A DNA stretch of 64,000 bases, taken from IMG/VR virus record IMGVR_UViG_3300042544_000912, positions 32,001 to 96,000 of that record; one strand, 5' to 3'. Within the stretch, counting starts at the first letter, position 1; each line of letters starts with the position of its first letter. This DNA is from a virus. Below are positions 57,810 through 64,000 of the stretch, in pieces. The translations under genes were made by a program, and so were the position numbers. Below the pieces are notes generated by a model. The model was not told the origin of the DNA and did not search any database. It saw only the letters and a program-made list of their open reading frames with translations.

Positions 57810-59521
57810 TTATTTTCAACACAATTCGCTGGAAGAACTTTCTTTCAACTGGCAACCAGTTCACAGAAATCAAGCTAGACCGTTCACCTAACACTCTGAT
57901 TGTCGGTGAGAATGGTGGCGGAAAGTCAACAATGCTTGACGCATTGTGCTTTAGTCTTTTTGGTAAGCCGTTTCGTAACATCAACAAGCCTCAGTTGGTA
58001 AACTCCATCAACAAGAAGCAACTTCTGGTTGAGGTGGAATTCCAGTCGGGTCGCAAGTCGTATAAGATTGTGCGCGGCATCAAGCCTAATCTTTTTGAAA
58101 TCTATGTTGACGGTGACCTGATTAACCAAGACGCCGCCGCTCGTGACTATCAGAAGTATCTCGAAGAATCTATTCTCAAGTTGAACTACAAGTCCTTCAC
58201 ACAGATTGTCATTCTGGGTTCAGCATCGTTTACGCCATTCATGCAGTTGCCATCTGGCACACGCCGTGAGATTATCGAAGACCTACTTGACATTCAAATC
58301 TTTACCACTATGAACGTGGTGCTTAGGGATAAGATGAATGAGTTGAAGGATCGATTGCAAGACGCCGACGGTAAGTTGGAAGTTTTGAAGCAGAAGGCCT
58401 CAATTCAGAAAGAATATGTTGACACCCTAGAAGCGAACCGAGAGAAGAGAGTCGATGAAATATTGGAGCGTATTGAGGCTGGTGAGGGGAAGATATCAAG
58501 TCTTACCAATCTCGCCAATGATGTGGCGGGGCAGAAAGTTTCGATTGAAGAAGCCCAGAAAAATCTGGGAGACCTTGCAACCAAGCAAAAGAAACTTGAC
58601 TCCTTCAAAACCAAATTTTCCACTCAACTCCGCGATCTTCAAAAAGAGGTTGCTTTCTACGAGGAAACAGATGAGTGTCCGACGTGCCAACAGGGGATTG
58701 CTCACGACCATAAAGAAACTATCGTCTCATCAAGACAAGAGAAAATTCAAGAACTCTCTTCTGGAATGGAGAAACTCCAAGAAGAATTTACAAAACTTGA
58801 AGACCTCATTGCGGAAAATGAGATTCTTTCCGAACAAATTTCTGGGTTGAACGCGGAGATTATCACGCACAACAATGAAATTATTGTTCAACAAAGACTG
58901 ATACAAGCCCTTAATTTGGAACTGGCTGACATTACATCTAAAACTGGTGATATAGATACTGAGAAAAATAAGTTGAAAACTTATGCTAAGGAAGTTCTGA
59001 CTCAGAACGAAGAAAAGGCCAAGTTGAATGAAGAAAAGCATTACCTGGATGCTGTCTCCACTCTCCTCAAGGACACTGGTATTAAGACTAAGATTATTCG
59101 GCAGTATCTTCCAGTTATCAATAAACTGGTGAATAAATATCTACAAGCAATGGACTTCTTCGTGCAGTTTAATCTGGATGAAAAGTTCGATGAAACTATT
59201 AAGTCTCGCCATCGTGATGATTTTAGTTACGCATCATTCTCGGAAGGAGAAAAGCAACGCATCGACCTTGCTCTTCTGTTTACATGGCGGACAATCGCTA
59301 AGATGAAGAACAGTGTGGCTACCAATCTTCTAATCTTGGACGAGGTATTCGATAGTTCGCTTGATAATAATGGTACCGATTATGTTATGTCTCTGCTAGA
59401 TACAATTGGCGAAGATACAAATCTATTCGTTATCAGTCATAAGGGCGACCAACTCTTTGATAAGTTTCGCAGTCTTATTAAGTTTGAAAAGAAAAATAAC
59501 TATAGTGAAATGGTGATATAA
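57806..59521 (+). CDS. gp46: Recombination ATPase subunit (Rad50/SbcC-like)
   Basis: GENGGGKST, CPTC zinc hook, FSEGEKQRID signature and LILDEVFD. Confidence 0.96.
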   Translation: MIIFNTIRWKNFLSTGNQFTEIKLDRSPNTLIVGENGGGKSTMLDALCFSLFGKPFRNINKPQLVNSINKKQLLVEVEFQSGRKSYKIVRGIKPNLFEIYVDGDLINQDAAARDYQKYLEESILKLNYKSFTQIVILGSASFTPFMQLPSGTRREIIEDLLDIQIFTTMNVVLRDKMNELKDRLQDADGKLEVLKQKASIQKEYVDTLEANREKRVDEILERIEAGEGKISSLTNLANDVAGQKVSIEEAQKNLGDLATKQKKLDSFKTKFSTQLRDLQKEVAFYEETDECPTCQQGIAHDHKETIVSSRQEKIQELSSGMEKLQEEFTKLEDLIAENEILSEQISGLNAEIITHNNEIIVQQRLIQALNLELADITSKTGDIDTEKNKLKTYAKEVLTQNEEKAKLNEEKHYLDAVSTLLKDTGIKTKIIRQYLPVINKLVNKYLQAMDFFVQFNLDEKFDETIKSRHRDDFSYASFSEGEKQRIDLALLFTWRTIAKMKNSVATNLLILDEVFDSSLDNNGTDYVMSLLDTIGEDTNLFVISHKGDQLFDKFRSLIKFEKKNNYSEMVI

Positions 59522-60036
59522 TGGAATTAATTAAGTTTACTGACCCAACACTTCGGGTAGAGCCAACAGCTTTTGAATTTGGCAAAGAAGATGCTAAAGA
59601 TTTGGTAGATAGACTATGGACAAAATGTCGAGAACTTCGAGGTTTAGGTTTATCTGCAAATCAGGTAGGAATTGATGCCAAAGTTTTTGTGATGGGTTCA
59701 GATGATGATAATCGTAAGAATATTTTTAACCCGAAAATTGTTTCCTCGTCGGAAGAAACTAATCTTGCTAAAGAAGGTTGTCTAAGTTATCCTGGTCTGT
59801 GGCTGTCTATCAAACGCCCAGCTACCATCACTGCTTCATATCAGAATGTGGAGGGTGAATATATAGTAGAAGAATTTACGGGATTGCCCGCTAGAATCTT
59901 TCAACATGAATATGATCATATGCTTGGATTGAATTTCTCTGACCATGCTTCTGAAATGAAAATGAAGATGGCTATGAAGTCACTAGAAAAACGAGCAAAA
60001 AAGTATATTAAAAAATATGTCCAAAACAACCTCTGA
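59521..60036 (+). CDS. def: Peptide deformylase
   Basis: GLGLSANQVG, EGCLSYPG and QHEYDHMLG motifs. Confidence 0.92.
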   Translation: MELIKFTDPTLRVEPTAFEFGKEDAKDLVDRLWTKCRELRGLGLSANQVGIDAKVFVMGSDDDNRKNIFNPKIVSSSEETNLAKEGCLSYPGLWLSIKRPATITASYQNVEGEYIVEEFTGLPARIFQHEYDHMLGLNFSDHASEMKMKMAMKSLEKRAKKYIKKYVQNNL

Positions 60037-60590
60037 ATTTATAGTTGATTAATTATTTTTATGTCTATACGATTATTCCATCTTACTTTGCCAGAAAATT
60101 TCGTTGATAATGTTTTAGCATTGCGTGGTATAGCCAAGTCTGTTAAACGAAGTAATAAAGGTGGATGGCAAAGTCACCGGTGCAATAGAAAAACTTATTC
60201 CTGGGCAGAATCAGTTATAGATAATGTTCAAACTGTAGCCGATGTTACTGGAGATATAACTTGCTGGTATAATATCAATACGGATAGTGATTATAATGAG
60301 TGGCACCATCACGATAGGGGTGACACAGATGAGATGTGTGCAGTCCTTTATCTCCAAGTTCCAGAAAATGCTGGTCATTTTGAGTATGAGATTGAAAAAG
60401 AAATCTTCCAGATTAAACCATATGCTGGGTTGTTATTATTATTTCCTGATGATTTGATGCATCGTGTTTTACCGAACGAAGGTGATGGCGAAAGAGTCTC
60501 CATGGCTTTTAATTTTTGGAAAATGTTGAAATGAATATATTTTATCCCCACGAAAGGTATATTAGAAAATATGTCCAACACAACCTATGA
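60003..60590 (+). repeat. 34-bp imperfect direct repeat (31/34) at 60003-60036 and 60557-60590 flanking the oxygenase gene
   Basis: gtatattaaaaaatatgtccaaaacaacctctga vs gtatattagaaaatatgtccaacacaacctatga. Confidence 0.85.
60061..60534 (+). CDS. 2OG-Fe(II) oxygenase superfamily protein
   Basis: SNKGGWQS, WYNIN..YNEWHHHD, VLYLQVP, FPDDLMHRV and RVSMAFN motifs. Confidence 0.82.
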   Translation: MSIRLFHLTLPENFVDNVLALRGIAKSVKRSNKGGWQSHRCNRKTYSWAESVIDNVQTVADVTGDITCWYNINTDSDYNEWHHHDRGDTDEMCAVLYLQVPENAGHFEYEIEKEIFQIKPYAGLLLLFPDDLMHRVLPNEGDGERVSMAFNFWKMLK

Positions 60591-60945
60591 TTTCGGATTT
60601 ACATTCGAAGACCCCTCCGAAACTGTAATTCATGTCCAAGAGCCGTATAGTTCTCAGACGATAGATACAGGCGACCTAAAAGATGAGATTATGGCCAAGC
60701 TCTATGACCTTGAAGCCAGACTTCTTAATGTAGACCAGTCAACTCTCATTGCAGAACACAAGAGACTTGTGGAAATGGAAGTTGCAGAAAAATTGAAGCA
60801 GGTAGAAGACTTAATTCTACCTTTAATGTATAACCTGATGAAAAATCCTGAAAAGGAATACATCCACTGGCCGAATAGGACACCCATAATTGATAACCAA
60901 ATTGAAAAGATCACCGCAATCACACGATACTATGAACGAGTTTGA
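60571..60945 (+). CDS. Conserved hypothetical protein
   Basis: YDFGFTF start; ILPLMYNLMKNPEKEYIHWPNR motif familiar from T4-like phages. Confidence 0.65.
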   Translation: MSNTTYDFGFTFEDPSETVIHVQEPYSSQTIDTGDLKDEIMAKLYDLEARLLNVDQSTLIAEHKRLVEMEVAEKLKQVEDLILPLMYNLMKNPEKEYIHWPNRTPIIDNQIEKITAITRYYERV

Positions 60946-61528
60946 TGGTCCTTCGAAAGCTAGATTTTTTGCGCAGCCAGTGGCTACCGCAGTAAATCTA
61001 TATTTGTGTGGCGAAATCAAAGCCGCAGAAGAATATGTAGAGTGGTTTCAGTTGTTCCGCGCTGCTGGTGAAAATGATATCATTTACATTCGCATCAACA
61101 GCGAGGGTGGCGACCTGTTTGCCGCTCTACAGATAGTAAGAGCAATTCAAGAATCGAATGCTACTATTGTCTGTTCGGTAGAAGGCATTTGTATGTCGGC
61201 TGCAACACTTATCTTCCTTAGCGCGGACCGCTTCGAACTGTCTGACCATACCATGTTCATGTTCCACAACTATTCAAGTGGCACCATCGGTAAGGGCGGC
61301 GAGATGTATGACCAAATCACACACTTCCGTGCTTGGTCTGAAAAACTGTTCACTTCATTCTACAAGGACTTCCTGACGCCAGAAGAAATCAAGTCGATGC
61401 TTGATAACAAGGATATCTGGCTTGATGCAGAGGAAGTCGCCAAGCGTTTGAAGAACCGCATCGAAGCAGATGCGGAAGAAGAAGCTCCGAAGCCTAAAAA
61501 GACTCGGAAGAAAGCCGTTCCTGCATAA
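60932..61528 (+). CDS. ClpP-like serine protease
   Basis: IRINSEGGD, GICMSAA (nucleophile Ser), MFHN (His) and DIWL.AEE; start moved to ATG 60932. Confidence 0.8.
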   Translation: MNEFDGPSKARFFAQPVATAVNLYLCGEIKAAEEYVEWFQLFRAAGENDIIYIRINSEGGDLFAALQIVRAIQESNATIVCSVEGICMSAATLIFLSADRFELSDHTMFMFHNYSSGTIGKGGEMYDQITHFRAWSEKLFTSFYKDFLTPEEIKSMLDNKDIWLDAEEVAKRLKNRIEADAEEEAPKPKKTRKKAVPA

Positions 61529-61531
61529 ATA
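61524..61531 (+). promoter_or_regulatory. Late-promoter variant CATAAATA upstream of the HAD gene
   Basis: One mismatch to consensus; overlaps the ClpP stop codon. Confidence 0.5.
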
Positions 61532-61535
61532 CTAC

Positions 61536-61564
61536 TTGACATTTCCTTGCGAATCGAGTAGTAT
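61536..61564 (+). promoter_or_regulatory. Early sigma70 promoter TTGACA-17-TAGTAT with CGAATCG box
   Basis: Read directly. Confidence 0.78.
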
Positions 61565-61570
61565 ATAAAC

Positions 61571-62176
61571 ATGATTAGTTTTAAAGAGTTTATAAGTGAG
61601 TCGCAAGACGGTGCCGGATTAACTATCTGGGACATTGATGAAACTCTATTTCGCACAACTGCCCGCGTCCATATCATCAAAGATGGTAAGATTATCAAGA
61701 CGTTAGGTAACAAGCAATACAATACATATAATTTACAGCCGGGTGAGTCCTTCGACTTTAGCGAGTTTAGGGACGCCCGGCATTTTCAATCTACCAGCGA
61801 ACCAATCGCAAGAGCGATTCGCAAACTGATTGCAATGCACAAGAACATCAAGGCCAAGGGTAGCAAGATGGTTGTTATCACAGCCCGCTCCGACTTTGAT
61901 GACCGTGATATTTTTCTAGATACATTTCGTAAGCAAGGCATTGATATCGATGATATCCATGTCCATCGTGCTGGCAATCTTGGCGCCATGCCCTCTGCGG
62001 CTGCTAAGAAAATCTATATCAAACAATACCTTGACACTGGTAAATATACTCGCGCCCGTCTCTTTGATGACGCGGTGTCCAATCTCCAGATGTTCAAGGA
62101 CTTAGCGAATGAATACCCTAATGTGAAGTTTGAGCCGTTCTTGGCTCACGAAGATGGAACAATGACTCGTTTTTAA
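61571..62176 (+). CDS. HAD-superfamily phosphatase-like protein with N-terminal capsid-targeting-like sequence
   Basis: WDIDETLF (motif I), VITAR (motif II), LFDD (motif IV); N-terminus MISFKEFISE. Confidence 0.75.
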   Translation: MISFKEFISESQDGAGLTIWDIDETLFRTTARVHIIKDGKIIKTLGNKQYNTYNLQPGESFDFSEFRDARHFQSTSEPIARAIRKLIAMHKNIKAKGSKMVVITARSDFDDRDIFLDTFRKQGIDIDDIHVHRAGNLGAMPSAAAKKIYIKQYLDTGKYTRARLFDDAVSNLQMFKDLANEYPNVKFEPFLAHEDGTMTRF

Positions 62177-62177
62177 C

Positions 62178-62205
62178 TTGACATTACCATCGATTCGTGT
62201 ATACT
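62178..62205 (+). promoter_or_regulatory. Early sigma70 promoter TTGACA-16-TATACT with CGATTCG box
   Basis: Read directly; AAGGAGA RBS follows. Confidence 0.75.
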
Positions 62206-62220
62206 AATAATATAAGGAGA

Positions 62221-62589
62221 ATGATTATGTTTAAGTCTATTGTTTCTAGTATTGTTGCTATCAGTGTTCTTGCTACTCCTGTAGTAGCAGAAGCCAAGGG
62301 TCGTGGTGAACACCGCAGTGAACGCCACGAGCGCAAGCGCGGCAATCATATTAATACCGGAGAAGCTATTGCTATCGGTCTTGGTGCCTTTATTCTCGGT
62401 GCTGCTATTAAAAACAACAATAGCCGCGACGAGGAAGTTGAGCGCGAAGTTTATGACCGCGAGTATGAATATCACTATCGCAACCGTGATTCATATTATC
62501 GCCGTGACCGCAACTGCCGCACCACAGAAGTTACTGAATATGACTACTACGGCAATCGATATATTCGCCGTGAGCGCCGTTGTTTCTAA
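62221..62589 (+). CDS. Hypothetical exported/membrane protein with glycine-zipper-like helix and Arg/Tyr-rich tail
   Basis: Signal-peptide-like MFKSIVSSIVAISVLATPVVAEA; GEAIAIGLGAFILGAAI; start at 62221 or 62227 after the RBS. Confidence 0.65.
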   Translation: MIMFKSIVSSIVAISVLATPVVAEAKGRGEHRSERHERKRGNHINTGEAIAIGLGAFILGAAIKNNNSRDEEVEREVYDREYEYHYRNRDSYYRRDRNCRTTEVTEYDYYGNRYIRRERRCF

Positions 62590-62598
62590 AAGAATCGC

Positions 62599-62627
62599 TT
62601 GACATTTGGTCGCGAATCGACTATAGT
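62599..62627 (+). promoter_or_regulatory. Early sigma70 promoter TTGACA-17-TATAGT with CGAATCG box
   Basis: Read directly. Confidence 0.8.
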
Positions 62628-62662
62628 AAATAATGTGATTGATTGATTGATGAGGTTTTGTG

Positions 62663-64000
62663 ATGTCCCAGTTTGCTGAAAAGTCGATTCTCGCCAAGTT
62701 GTTGGCGACCGAAAATATCCACGTAGAACACCAGAAGACAAGTACCGCTTACTTCAATCTGGAGACCCGCACGGTCGTGCTGCCGATCTTCAAAGAAACT
62801 TCGGCTGACCTTTATGACCTGCTTATCGGCCACGAAGTTGGTCACGCTCTCGAAACGCCTGCCGAGGGCTGGCACTCCAGCATCTCTGAGAAGGGTGTAG
62901 GCTTCAAGTCTTTCCTCAACATCATTGAAGATGCTCGTATCGAACGTAAGATGAAGACCCGTTATCCTGGTCTTCGTCGGTCGTTCTACAATGGTTACCA
63001 AGAACTCTTCGAAAAGAATTTCTTCGGTGTCGAAGGCATGGATGTCAATAAGCTAAAGTTTATTGACCGCATCAACCTTCACGCCAAAGTCGGTTCGTTT
63101 TTGAACGTCAAGTTCTCGGAAGAAGAGCAAGCGATTGTCAATCGTCTTGACGACCTGAACACCTGGGAAGATGTGGTCGCTTTGGCTAGCGAACTCTATG
63201 ACCGCGCCGAAAATTCCACCGAAGAACTTGACTTCGAAAATTTTCTGAACCAGTTTGAAATGTCGGAAGATAGTGACGGTGAATTCGACCCGTCTGCCGA
63301 CTACGTTGAAGTTCCTAATTCAGAAAAGTCCGACGCTAAGGACGAACCCAATTCACCTTCTCCTAAAGGTCAGAAGTCGGAAGACGAGACCGAAGAGTCG
63401 AAGTCATCTTCTTCGGATGATGCCGAAGACAAGACCAAAGAAGAGAAGGACGATGGTTCATCTGAGGACAGCAAGTCCGAGGACAGCAAGGAAGAAAGTC
63501 CTGAGCCAACTTCGTTCACCGATGAAAACTTTCGCCGGAACGAGGATAGTTTGCTTGATGCAAACGCCCGTGAGACGTTCTATGCCAAACTTCCTGTTCT
63601 GAACCCTGCCGATTTTATTGTTGGTATCAATACTATCGAAAAGATGTTGGCGTTCTCTGTCGGTGGCGCGGCCAGTCGCGCTGGTAAAACTGTCGAACAG
63701 GTCAAGATGGAACTCTACAAGGACTTTCTTGCCAAGAACAGCAAGTACCTCAGTGCAATGGCACAGGACTTCGAACGTAAGAAGAAAGCCAAGTCACTTA
63801 TGCGCGCCCAGACTTCCAAGACTGGTCGCATCAACATGGACAAGGTTTGGGCTTACAAGATTACCGAAGACTTGTTTCTCCAGAACACGGTTGTTCCCAA
63901 CGGTCAGAACCACGGTATGCTTCTGTACCTCGATATGTCGGGTAGCATGTCTACTAACATGGCTGGTACCATGGAGCAGCTGGTTCTTCTGGCTTCGTTC
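62663..64000 (+). CDS. HExxH metallopeptidase-like / CobT-like VWA protein, truncated by the window end (not in the ORF track)
   Basis: MSQFAEKSILAKLLATENI..DLLIGHEVGHAL, NIIEDARIE, acidic linker, then NHGMLLYLDMSGSM (VWA DxSxS); GAGG RBS; open to 64000. Confidence 0.82.
   Translation, partial: MSQFAEKSILAKLLATENIHVEHQKTSTAYFNLETRTVVLPIFKETSADLYDLLIGHEVGHALETPAEGWHSSISEKGVGFKSFLNIIEDARIERKMKTRYPGLRRSFYNGYQELFEKNFFGVEGMDVNKLKFIDRINLHAKVGSFLNVKFSEEEQAIVNRLDDLNTWEDVVALASELYDRAENSTEELDFENFLNQFEMSEDSDGEFDPSADYVEVPNSEKSDAKDEPNSPSPKGQKSEDETEESKSSSSDDAEDKTKEEKDDGSSEDSKSEDSKEESPEPTSFTDENFRRNEDSLLDANARETFYAKLPVLNPADFIVGINTIEKMLAFSVGGAASRAGKTVEQVKMELYKDFLAKNSKYLSAMAQDFERKKKAKSLMRAQTSKTGRINMDKVWAYKITEDLFLQNTVVPNGQNHGMLLYLDMSGSMSTNMAGTMEQLVLLASF

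Noticed and set aside
42235-59521. Introns, inteins or homing endonucleases in gp17, gp20, gp23, uvsW, gp46/47
   Set aside because: All ORFs are continuous and of ordinary length; no HNH, GIY-YIG, LAGLIDADG or intein motifs seen
1-64000. tRNA/rRNA genes and alternative genetic code
   Set aside because: Intergenic gaps are too short and show no cloverleaf by eye; core genes translate intact in the standard code

Overview
This window is a contiguous fragment of a T4-like (aquatic Tevenvirinae-type) myophage genome in the standard genetic code. Positions 1-52,640 hold the virion morphogenesis module: gp54, gp2, gp4, gp48, gp53, hub, a split gp5, gp25, gp6-8, a DUF4815-type giant protein, several fibre/adhesin genes, gp13-23 and gp3. 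TATAAATA late promoters drive this module. Positions 52,650-59,520 hold uvsY, uvsW, gp55 and gp47/46. An early accessory region follows, with peptide deformylase, a 2OG-Fe(II) oxygenase, a ClpP-like protease, a HAD phosphatase and a truncated HExxH/VWA protein. No tRNA, rRNA, CRISPR array, intron, intein or transposase was seen. Top candidates for new biology: (1) five glycosyltransferases, a cupin oxygenase and a methyltransferase-like gene sit inside the fibre block beside a Tyr/Thr/Ser/Gly-repeat protein with two symmetric ~100-residue arms, suggesting virion glycosylation; (2) three early sigma70 promoters carry a CGAWTCG (GANTC-containing) box exactly 2 nt before the -10, suggesting use of host CcrM/GcrA control; (3) gp5 is split into two genes, with GH19, a second lysozyme-like domain and an adjacent M15 peptidase; (4) a HAD phosphatase starts with a T4-type capsid-targeting sequence; (5) an oxygenase cassette is flanked by a 34-bp direct repeat. 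All product calls rest on recognised motifs and T4 gene order. No database search or structure prediction was run.
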